From the NCBI GenBank assembly GCA_002269645.1, contig NIVC01001203.1, positions 62,001-126,000 of the forward strand: 64,000 nucleotides of DNA, read 5' to 3'. The notes under the pieces are model-generated. The model made no database searches. It saw nothing but the letters and a program-made list of their open reading frames with translations, and had not been told where the DNA came from. Of this stretch, positions 35,500 to 45,971 are shown in pieces (position 1 is the stretch's first letter; the number at the start of each line of letters is the position of its first letter). Made by a program: the position numbers and the translations under genes. This DNA comes from Macrostomum lignano (Eukaryota).

Positions 35500-36290
35500 A
35501 TCTCCTCACCCTCTCCTCTCCTTGTCACCCTCTTCTCTTTCCTTGTCACATCACATTATCCCTCTCTTTGTCATCCTATCCCCTCTCCTTGTCACCCTCT
35601 CCCCTCTCCTTGTCACATTCTCCCCTCTCCTTGTCACCCTCTCCCCTCTCCTTGTCACATTCTCCCCTGTCTTTGTAACATTCTCCCCTCTCCTTGTCAC
35701 CTTCTCCCCTCTCCTTGTCACCCTCTCCCCTCTCCTTGTCACCTCCCCTCTCCTTGTCACCTTCTCCCCTCTCCTTGTCACCTTCTCCCCTCTCCTTGTC
35801 ACCTCCCCTCTCCTTGTCACTTTCTCCCTTCTCCTTGTCACATTCTCCCCTCTCCTTGTCACCTTCTCCCCTCTCCTTGTCACCTTCTCCCCTCTCCTTG
35901 TCACATTCTCCCCCCTCCTTGACACCTTCTCCCCTCTCCTTGTCATCCTCTCCCCTCTCCTTGTCACCTCCCCTCTCCTTGTCACCTTCTCCCCTCTCCT
36001 TGTCACCTCCCCTCTCCTTGTCACTTTCTCCCTTCTCCTTGTCACATTCTCCCCTCTCCTTGTCACCTTCTCCCCTCTCCTTGTCACCTTCTCCCGTCTC
36101 CTTGTCACCTTCTCCCCTCTCCTTGTCACATTCTCCCCCTCCTTGACACCTTCTCCCCTCTCCCCGTCACCTTCTCCCCTCTCCTTGTCACCTTCTCCCC
36201 TCTCCCTGTCACATTCTCCCCTCTCCCCGTCACCCTCTCCCCTCTCCCCGTCACATTCTCTCCTCTCCTTGTCACCCTCTCCCCTCCACT
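35500..36290. repeat. Second array of the same CTCCTTGTCAC minisatellite family
   Basis: Same unit as 34265-34915, separated by an AT-rich spacer. Confidence 0.93.
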
Positions 36291-36442
36291 TCTCAATGGC
36301 ATGACATCGCAAAGAAACTTATAGCTAACACGAAAAATGAATATCATATCATTATCAACTACACACTAATAAAAAACCGCACACAGAGACAGACAGCAAA
36401 CAATTCAACATCCCACTTAGCAGCCGATGTGCGATCAAGATC

Positions 36443-38878
36443 TCATTTCCCCTTTTTCTTAGCGGCCGCGGCTCTGGCACGGGTGGTGACGCCACCGCTG
36501 CTGCTGCTGCTGCTGCTGCCTCCGCTGCGGCGCTTTCCCCAGGCCTCGTCAACCAGCAAGTTAACAGCTGTGGCCAGGAAACCAAAAAATCGGAATCCGT
36601 GGAAAGCCAGAGCTGGGCGAAGGTCCACAGCAGGTGCTGGCGGAGGCGGCTTTCCGGCGGCTGGTGATGGGAAGGATGCGATTTGAGAATTGAGATAACT
36701 ATTTTCTGGGATTCTGATCCCTAATTTAGGGATTTTTATCCCTACTTACTTCTATGATTTTATCCCTATTTCTGGGGATTTCTATCCCTGCTTATGGAAT
36801 TTTGATCCCTTTTTCTGCGAAGTTGATCCCTACTTATGGGATTTTGATCCCTTTTTCTGGGGATTTTGATCCCTTTTTCTGCGAAGTTGATCCCTGCTTA
36901 TGGGATTTTGATCCCATATTTCTGGGATTTCGATCCCGATTTCTTGGATTTTGATCCCATATTTCTGGGATTTTGATCCCATATTTCTGGGATTTTGATC
37001 TCTATTTCTGGGGATTTTGATCACTGTTTCTAGGACTTTGATCCCTATTTCTGGGATTTGGATCCCTATTTCTGGGATTTTAATCCCTATTTCTAAGGCT
37101 TGATCCCTATTTCTAAGGTTTGATCCCTATTTCTGGGATTTTAATGCCTATTTCTGGGATTTTGATCCCTGCTTATGGGATATTGATCCCTATTTCTAAG
37201 ATTTCGATCGCCACTTCAGGAATTTTGACCCCCAATTCTAGGATTTTTATCTAAGCTAATACACGTTCTGATTAAAATTCTAACTCACCAGCAGAAGCAG
37301 CAGGGCAGATTTTTTCCGTAGCCCAATAATGGAGCAGGATCTGTAGATCCAAAACCGCTGCGCAAGCGGCCAGCAGCATTAGCGGGCAACGGAAACTCGG
37401 ACGGCCACCTAGATTAATTGGCGATTTTTTTTAATTTAGTAATGCTTCTACTAGCAGTAGCAAAACAAGTAGCTGATTTAACTGATTTTTTGTCAATTCT
37501 ACTAACCTTTTAACACGGAGGGCAACATGTAGACAAGAGCCGGAGTTGCTAGTACGGCCAGGGCGGCGCTGACTCTAACCCAAACCGGTGGCGAAGAAGT
37601 GAGGCAGTCGCCTGTGCTGTCAACATACATTCGTAGCACCCGGAGAGGCTGGATAGTTAATAATTTCAATTAATTCGAATGATTAATTCATGTTTTGACT
37701 AATTAATCCGACAATTATTCTTAATCTTGTTGCCTTCGCCAAGATACCCCTGTGGCCTGTACATAGCTTTGCCTTTAGTCTGCTTTGGTTTGGTTTGGTG
37801 GCATGAGGCATATGCCACGCCACGCCCAAGTTCAAAGCCTTGGGTCTTTATCTTGGTTCAGCTAAGTTAATTCACTCAATGGAGGCCCAAGTTCAGTTCA
37901 ATTCAGTTCGCGCCATAAATTTTGGGCCGGCCCGAGCCGGAGGAATCGGGGTGAAAGAGGGCAGAAAACTAAAGGTGAACTGGGCTCCCAGAGGAGGGCC
38001 CCAAATTTGCTGAGTCATAAAACCTTACGCCTATAGGCGCCAGCATACGGGAACTCTGTCGCTGGAGGGAGGGGGGTTGGGGGTTGTTTTGGGCCCCAAG
38101 GCCGAAAAATAAAATCAATTCTCTCTACAGTGTACATCTTGGCTATGTACATTGCTTTAGTTTTAAAGCTGTGGGTCGGCGGGGGGTTGACCCCAAGGCC
38201 CAACCAAGGGCAGAGGAATGAAGGGAGGGGGAAAGGGCTTGTGGGAGAGAGAAGTAGAGAGAAGGCCCTATGGGCTGCCGAACCGCAAGGGCTCCAAAAC
38301 TGACTGCGAACAAAGACAAGGAAGGTAAAGGGAACCAAAACTGACTGACAAGGGGGAACCCGAGCGGCCTAAACTAAACCGACCGACACAAGAAGCGATG
38401 ATAGTGATAGATTAGATGAAGCCACTTCCAGACTCTCAGTGCGTTGAAAATCCTAAATATTCATTTTTTCCAACAGACTACCATTTTTAATGAAATTTAA
38501 TATGCAATATACAAAACCTTATAAGCTACTGTAGTAGTTATGCAATACGCGCATAAAATACAATAACTATAGTTTACACAAATATTATTTTCTTATTTAG
38601 ACATTCTACTTTTCATGGCTGCAAATTTTTGCTTCTTTCTAATATCAAACGGTTTTGTAATGACGATGAACTCGAATCGAACTTTCAAAGAATCAAAATC
38701 AAACGCTTCTTTAGTTAACTTTGAACGCATTGAAATTAGACTCAATTTAAAGATTAGTTAGAAAGCGAGAATGCAAAACAAGAGATAAGATAACTCACCA
38801 GTTCACTGGGATAATGTGCTTTAATGCCATCTGGCAACGCTATATGCAATTCCATCAGTAGGACGGATACGCTATGTA
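36443..38878 (-). other. Unidentified spliced exon-like segments (about 38807-38878, 37290-37413, 36443-36660)
   Basis: GC-rich islands with minus-strand donors (CTG|GTGAGT twice) and AG acceptors; reading frame and product not resolved. Confidence 0.3.
36700..37250. repeat. Degenerate minisatellite, ~21-22-bp unit (GGGATTTTGATCCCTATTTCT)
   Basis: Tandem array read directly. Confidence 0.88.
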
Positions 38879-39891
38879 CAAAAATAGTGAAACTCGTTAA
38901 GTAGTTTAGTAGCATTGTTGTGCTAATCTAAGAAGCTAATTAACAAATAAAGCAAGAAATTAGCTGTGTTTATTATTATAATTAAAGGATCCTAACTAGG
39001 TAAGGACTAAGGAGACTGCTAGCAACTGCGTCTGCAAGGACGATTGAGGCTAAAAGAAAACGGGGAGGATTTCATACGGGCCTGGCCTCCCATGCATGGC
39101 CTTATAGCATCAGCCTGCCCTCCCAAACAGACCCCACCTCCCCGACAGCCGAAATGAACGCATGGAGTGGGGTGGGTGCCCGGTAGCCAATAAAAGCATG
39201 GAAAAAAGCCTCGCGTGGCCTTGGCTATCCCATCTCTCTGTGCTACTACTAGTAGGCAATAAAGTCTAAAAAAGGCTAATAATCAGCGGCGCAGATTGCA
39301 CGCGAAGGTGTATTCAGCACGCCAGTGAAGTATGAGACAGACCAGGCCTAAGGGCTACGGTCTGCGATGCTTCACGCCTGCCCCTATATTCAGCAGGTCA
39401 AGGCTGGAGAGGGAGGTCTGCACCCGCTATTTGCCACTGGCAGCCGCAGACCCCCCCCCTCACGCTGTTTCACAAGTCGACCCAGGGTACTCGTCCCCGC
39501 GTGTGTTCAAGGCAGACCCTAGGGCTGCTGGACAGACTGGGCTCCGACGCTGGCGACCCATCCAGTGGCTTCGGCCGAATTTGGGTATGCGGGTCTGGCT
39601 TGCCAGCCTGCAGGCCGTGGTACTGCTTAACGTACCCCCTAATGCCTAAGGTGTTTGACCGTGCCGATGGGCTGGAAGGCCGGGGGGTTGTCCGGTCGCT
39701 AGCGGTCCTTTTCTTTTTCTTCTTTCCTCTTTCTTTTGTGACTCAGCTCACTCCTTCCCGCTTTCAGCTATGGCGTCATCCGCCTCTTTAACCCCGCTGA
39801 AGCCGGGGCCCCGGCAACTCCGGCCGGTGACTCTGGCACCAGCGCCGCCCCACCGGGGGCAGATGGGCTTGCCGCCGGCTCGGCTGGTGAC

Positions 39892-41235
39892 ATGCCCGCA
39901 CGCGCAACCGGGCCCTCCGCTGAAGCCCGACGCACCCGCAACCAACGCCGCAACGAGCGGCGACGGCGACTACGGGGTACTGCGGGCCGGCCACCGGCGG
40001 AAGGGGAACCTAGGGAGGGCGAGGCTGCTGTTGGGCCGAAAGGAACCACAGCAACCCCTGCCCCCCAGGATACAACCCCCGCTGGTGAGCCACCCAGTAT
40101 ACCTGCTACAAGCGCGGCCGGGCCTTCGGGAACCGCCGCCACCAACTACGCCTCAAAGGTCAAGCTCCAACCGGCGGTCATCGTCTTCGGGGAAGAGCAG
40201 GACCTCACGGCCGACGAGCTCGACAGTGCCTGGCGCACCATCGATGCTGCGCTCATCGACCAGCTCCTGGCGGGCCGCCCTGTGAGCGTGGTCAAGTCTG
40301 CCAAGACCGACGGCTGCATCTTCATCTGGTGCAGCTCGGAGGAGAGCAGCCGCAATCTACGCGAGCTTCTGCCAAAGCTGAACTGGCCCAAGAAGCTCGG
40401 CAAGCTCGTCTTCGCCAGCGAGGGCGAACGACAGAAGACCCAGCGCTTTCGCGTCTGGATCCCGGCCGGCAGTGCCATTAAGTCCGGAGATCAGCTTAGG
40501 CAAATATTGCTAAAGCTGCACCCCGACCTTAAGGTCAACGGGCTCCTACACCACGCCACTTCCCGCAAGGAGAAGGGGGCTACGGTGATCCTAGGGCTCT
40601 CTGATGACTGGGCTAAGCGCTTGCCGCCTAAGTCCACAATTCATATTGGTCTGACTCAGCTGACCATCCTCCGTTGCGAGGAGCGGAAAGCTGATGAAGC
40701 CAAGAATGCCAAAGCTTCCGAAACCGGAACTGGGGCCCAGGCTCCTCCGGCAAAGAAGCCGAGGCAAACGGCCGATCCTATGCCCGGTAAGGCAGTTCGC
40801 GCTGCTGAAACCGGAAATCGCAATCGCAGACCCGCCAGGAGCACCCGGAGGTCCGGCCTGATCCAGCGCGCGCTGGACCAGGCCAAGAACCTTCGTGCGC
40901 ATCGTGAGCGGGCCCGCGCTTCTCGCGCTCCACCCCAACAGCCAGAAGGCCAGACTCTAAGCGGGGAGGCTCCGACCGACTGGTTCGAGTCTGTGACTCA
41001 CCAGGAGGCTGGCGCCACCCGCATCGACCTGACCGACGAGGCAGAGGGGACGGGCAGTGACAGCACCGAAGCACGCAGGAGAGGCGACGGTAACGTCCAC
41101 GCTGGGCTCACGTCCGCGGAGGACTCCACAGCCACCCTAACTGCTGAGGACGCTGAAACTCCCATGGAGGTCTGCGGGTCACCCACCACTGAAAAGGAGG
41201 AGGATGACCTGCTCAACGATTCCCCAACTGCGTGA
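39892..41235 (+). CDS. LINE ORF1 (DUF4780-like nucleic-acid-binding protein)
   Basis: 447-aa ORF directly upstream of ORF2; IFIWCSSEESSRNLRELLPKLNW...RFRVWIP resembles the DUF4780 ORF1 of LOA-type elements. Confidence 0.75.
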   Translation: MPARATGPSAEARRTRNQRRNERRRRLRGTAGRPPAEGEPREGEAAVGPKGTTATPAPQDTTPAGEPPSIPATSAAGPSGTAATNYASKVKLQPAVIVFGEEQDLTADELDSAWRTIDAALIDQLLAGRPVSVVKSAKTDGCIFIWCSSEESSRNLRELLPKLNWPKKLGKLVFASEGERQKTQRFRVWIPAGSAIKSGDQLRQILLKLHPDLKVNGLLHHATSRKEKGATVILGLSDDWAKRLPPKSTIHIGLTQLTILRCEERKADEAKNAKASETGTGAQAPPAKKPRQTADPMPGKAVRAAETGNRNRRPARSTRRSGLIQRALDQAKNLRAHRERARASRAPPQQPEGQTLSGEAPTDWFESVTHQEAGATRIDLTDEAEGTGSDSTEARRRGDGNVHAGLTSAEDSTATLTAEDAETPMEVCGSPTTEKEEDDLLNDSPTA

Positions 41236-41237
41236 TA

Positions 41238-44200
41238 ATGATCAGCAACCAGGGAATCCATTGCCTGCAGATTAATCTGCAGCACTGCGTCGCAGCCTCG
41301 GTCAACCTTATGCGTTACGCCGAGCTCGACAAGCCGGGGCTCATCCTCGTCCAGGAACCCTGGACTCTCAGAGGTAAGCCTCAAAACGCCCCTGCTGGCT
41401 ACAATTGTTTTTATACTTACCCTCGCGAGGCCAACCAGCCTCCCAGAGCTTGCATCTTTGCGAGCAAAACGCTCAGTGCGTGGCTCAGATCGGACCTGTC
41501 CAACAGGGACATCTGCGTCATCCAATCCGAGGACCTTCTTCCTGGGAAGACCACCCTCATTGCCTCGGTTTACCTACCAGGCGATGCTGCGGTCGTCCCC
41601 AGAGCCCTCGCTACGCTGGTAGAGCTCTGCTCTGCCAAAAACTACGAGCTCATGGTTGCCGGCGACATCAACGCCCACCACACTCACTGGGGCAGCACTG
41701 GCATTAATCAGAGAGGCGAAGACCTCCTAGCCTACGTTGCCTCTACGACCCTCGAGTTCTGCAACTCTGGGTCCACCCCTACCTTTGACAACGGACGGTG
41801 GTCGGAGGTGATCGACGCTACGCTCGCAACGCCCAGACTCTACCAGAGTATTGGGGCGTGGCGGGTGCTTCCAGTGTCCTCACTATCGGATCACAAGTTC
41901 ATCTCCTTCAACCTAATGGCCGCGCGTAGCGCAACTCGTGTTATGTGGAGACGGAACGCCAGAAATACTGATTGGGAAACCTTCGGGCTCGCCCTGAAGG
42001 AATTCCATCGGTCTCCTGGCCAACCATTCACGATCACGTCGTGCCGAGAGGCGGATGAGTGCGCGACTGTTTTGACAGAGACGCTAACCGCCGCCTTTGA
42101 GGCGTCCTGCCCTTTAAAAGCCTATAAAGGGAAAAAATCGGCGCCGTGGTGGAATCCCGAGCTCGGCAACCTCCGTCGCAGGGCTAAGAGACTCCACCGC
42201 AGAGCAACTAAAACTAAGAGCCCTGCAGACCAAACCGCCTATCATGAAGCAATTCATGAGTTTAAAAGGCAGGTTAGGAATGCAAAGGCTCAAAAATGGC
42301 GACAATACTGTGAGGAGCTAGAGGGCTCACGCCCCACCTCCAGAGTTGTGAAAGCGCTCACGCTGGACAAAATGTCTAAGCTCTCCTCGGTCAAACGCAC
42401 CGACGGTACGTCCACGGACAACCCAGGGGAAACGCTTGATGTAATGCTCACTGCGTTTTTCCCTAACGAGCCAGCTAACCAGACCACTCCGGATCACTCG
42501 GAGGGAGGTCACGCGCTGGCTGCATCTATCATCACGGAGGACCGCATTGTGAGAGCGGCAAATTCCTTCAAGCCTTTCAAAGCCCCAGGACCCGACGGCA
42601 TTGTACCGGCCCTTCTAAGAGAGGCGGTTAAATGCCCAGGCTTCCTGCGCAAACTTTGCAGCCTTCTTCGGGCATGCATCACGCTTGGTTATGTCCCGCA
42701 GGCATGGACCGAGGCAAAGGTGATCTTTATCCCTAAGCCAGGCCGCCCGGACTACCATTCTATCAAATCCTTCAGACCGATCAGCTTGACCTCCTCCCTG
42801 GTCAAGCTGATGGAGAGACTGGTGCTTTGGCGCCTTCTCTCTGTTGAGCTGAAGAACAAACCTCTCAGCGAGAACCAGCACGCTTTTCGGGCGGGTCGCT
42901 CCACTGAAAGCGCGCTGCACGTCCTGGTCGATAAACTCGAGAAGGCCGTGCTTGGTAGTGGCTTTGCTCTGGGGATCTTCCTGGACATCATTGGCGCCTT
43001 CGATAACGTCCTCTTTGAGGCGTTCCGAAGAGCTCTTTGTGAGAGGCTAACGCACTCACATCTCACCAGATGGATCATGTACATGATCAGCCATCGCACG
43101 GCCACCGCCAGTCTGCTGGGCTACCAGAGGACGGTCCCCGTCTGCAAAGGTAGCCCGCAAGGTGGGGTGCTGTCTCCAGTTCTCTGGAATATGGTCATCG
43201 ATGAGCTCCTCCGGGATGTTCGGCCTGACCCCATTCTGAAAGTTGGATATGCGGACGATGTCACCGCGGTGGCATCTGGTCCGTCCCCTGATACCCTCAG
43301 GGACCTTCTTCAGAACTTCATCTACGCTGCTGAGCAATGGGCGGACCGCTGTGGTTTAAGGCTCTCTGAGACTAAGACCGCAGCGATCATGTTCACCAGC
43401 AGGACCAAGTGGCAGATTCGGCCGCTCACGCTTTACGGAAGGGAAATCCCCTTCTGCAAGCAGACTAAATGTCTGGGTATTACCCTGGACCACAGGCTGA
43501 ACTGGTCTCCCCACGTTCAAACAAAAGCCAAAAAGGCCTTCGCAGTCCTCGCGCAATTGCGCAGGGCCGTCGGCACCACCTGGGGGCTCACCCCCAAGCG
43601 CCTCTGGTGGATCTACACTGCAATGGTTAGGCCCGCTATCTCGTATGGCGGCCTGATCTGGGCTAGCGCCCTGCAGATAAAGACCTGTCTAGAGGCTCTC
43701 AGGAGAGCGCAAGGGCGCGCTTGTCGCACGATCATGAGCGCCCCTCCGTCTGCTCCTTACGATGGCCTCAACGCCTTCCTCAACATTCCTCCGCTGGACA
43801 TCTTTGTCCGCAGGGAAGCGGCTAAGACTGCCCGCCGTCTAGCTGACGCTGGCATTCGAATCCAGCCCCATAGGGCCATGGCTAAGCGCAAGCTTCTGCC
43901 CCACGCTGACCTCTGCCTCAAGGACTTGAGAGACAGCGGCGGGCTCCACGTCCTATCTGACGGCGAACCCCGCACTCTCAACCTCTTTCAGCGCTACAAG
44001 GTCACCATCCCCTCTAGGGATGCTGCCAATGACCACTGGAATTTCCAGGAGGTCCATTGCTACACGGACGGATCCATCAAAGACGGTCGCGCCGGCTTTG
44101 GGGTCTGCATCATCATCAACGGCCGCGTAATTGCCACGCATGCCCAGCACACTGGTAGACTCTCCACAGTCTTCCAGAACGAAGTCCTTGCCATCAGCTC

Positions 44201-44941
44201 TTGCGCTGCAGAGCTAAACGCCAAGGTTACGAGAGGAAAGACTATTGTCATCCACTCCGACAGCCAAGCGGCCTTACAGGCCCTTTGCCACACCACAACG
44301 AACTCCCGGACAGTCGCCGACTGCGCCCGGCAGCTCAACCTCCTGGCCAGAAGCAATACTGTCAGGCTGAAGTGGATCCCAGGGCACGCAGGGTTTCCGG
44401 GGAACGAGCTGGCAGACACCCTCGCCAAGAGGGGCGGCTCTGGCTCTTTTTTCGGCCCTGCCCCCTGGTCCCTATGCCCTTGACAGTCATCAATCGTCAG
44501 ATCGACGACTGGGCTGACTCCCTCCACAGGGACAGATGGGCGGGCACCCAAAACTGCCGGCAATCTCGTGCCGCGGTTCCTTGCCCGTCTCACAGGCTCA
44601 GAAACATCCTTCTGAACCAGAATCGGAAGGATATTCGAGCCCTTGTCATGACCCTTACCGGCCATGGCTACCTCGCCAGGCACTGCTTCCTCCGAGGCGA
44701 CCTCGAGAGCGAAATTTGCCCCTTTTGCGAGTGCGACAATGAAGATGCTCAGCACTTTGTCTGTCACTGCCCTTTCTTTAACAGAGACCGGCTACGCTAC
44801 CTCGGGCCGAACCCGTCCATTGACGAGGTTTGCCAGCCCGACAGCATCCCACGGCTCATCCAGTTCCTTCGGGCGACTAGACGAGCCAGTTTCTTCCCAA
44901 CGGAAGATCACGCTGCAGGACGGACCGGCGGACCACCCTGA
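41238..44941 (+). CDS. LINE ORF2: AP endonuclease, reverse transcriptase, RNase H and CCHC finger; one frameshift near 44461-44465
   Basis: LQINLQH..LVQEPW, GDINAHH, SDH (APE); KAPGPDGI, FRPISL, QHAFRAGRST, FLDIIGAFD, GSPQGGVLSP, YADD (RT); YTDGS, E, SDSQAAL, WIPGHAG..GNELAD (RNase H). The tail TLTGHG...CPFC...HFVCHCP is in the shifted frame (ORF 44201-44941). Confidence 0.93.
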
Positions 44942-45061
44942 CCGGCCCCACGCCTCTGCCTGTCTGCGGGCCTTCAGGGGCTAGCGGAATGGGCGACCCT
45001 CGCCTCCCCGCTGTGTCTACGGACCACCCTGCAGCTAAGTCTAAGCGGCGCAGATTTCAAA

Positions 45062-45300
45062 TTCAGTGGCGCCAATCTAAAATTGAGTGGCCCCTAATGT
45101 AAAATTGAGTGGCGCCAATCTAAAATTGAGTGGCGCCTAATGTAAAATTGAGTGGCGCCAATCTAAAATTTAGTGGCGCCTAATGTAAAATTAAGTGGCG
45201 CCAATCAAAAATTCAGTGGCGCCTAATGTAAAATTGAGTGGCGCCAATCTAAAATTTAGTGGCGCCAATTAAAAATTCAGTGGCGCCAATCTAAAATATA
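45062..45300. repeat. GGCGCC-core minisatellite (AGTGGCGCCAATCTAAAATTG) directly after the LINE TSD
   Basis: Tandem array read directly. Confidence 0.9.
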
Positions 45301-45835
45301 CTGGTGTCGCCAGTTTGAAATTCAGCTGTGAATCAATGCAAACGCGTCCTATAACTATATACTACTGTTGCGTCAAGTAGTAAGCCAAAACTACAGTCAG
45401 ACAATTAAAATACTCAAACAGCTTCTACTTGGCTGGACAGAAAAGAAACTGCATAATTCGACAAAAATGCTAAGGTTGTATGCTCTGTGAGATATTGAGA
45501 GGGAGGGAGAGAAGGAGAGAGAGGTAGAGAGAAGAGAGCCTTAATGAGAGATTTTAGTGAGAATATAAATGTACACCAAAAACAAAATATGTATGGAGAA
45601 GGGGGTTCCTGCTGGCCTCAGTGTATTTGCCTGTCTGAATGTCCCTCACTCAGTGTCTCATACAGACAACTATAACTTTAACCTTCTCACCCCAGTCTTA
45701 ACCTACCTTCGCCTCTCAAGCTGCTTTGCTACATTCGGTGTTCAAAGCAACGTACACTCATCCATTCACCTGTACAGTACTCGCGTTTTCCAAGCTCGAA
45801 CTCTCTCCCCCCCCCCCCCAGCGCCTGCCAAGCAA

Positions 45836-45849
45836 TTCACCATGGTAAC
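45836..45849. promoter_or_regulatory. RFX X-box-like motif upstream of the first ADGB start
   Basis: TTCACCATGGTAAC (minus strand GTTACCATGGTGAA); one perfect half-site of GTNRCC-n-RGYAAC. Confidence 0.4.
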
Positions 45850-45971
45850 GGCGTAGTAGCGAGTCTTTCGCATAGAAATATATGGCATTTAAAGCCTAAA
45901 ATCTTCGAAAAGCAACGGGGCGCTGTTTTTGTTGATTAAAAAAAGCAAAAATCAAATCTCAGGTACTGCAG

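Larger units (their letters stand above)
39298..45043 (+). mobile_element. Full-length non-LTR retrotransposon, I-group (LOA/R1-like), with ORF1 and APE-RT-RNase H ORF2
   Basis: 13-bp TSD AGCGGCGCAGATT at 39285-39297 and 45044-45056; 3' end CTAAGTCTA(AG); two long ORFs. Confidence 0.93.

Noticed and set aside
34234-36312. Long GDKERG, SPLLVTL and SLSP ORFs (mucin- or collagen-like)
   Set aside because: Open in nearly all frames because the repeat unit lacks stops; not coding evidence.
40146-44984. Numerous antisense and alternate-frame ORFs within the LINE
   Set aside because: Shadows of GC-rich ORF1/ORF2, except 44201-44941, which holds the frameshifted ORF2 tail.
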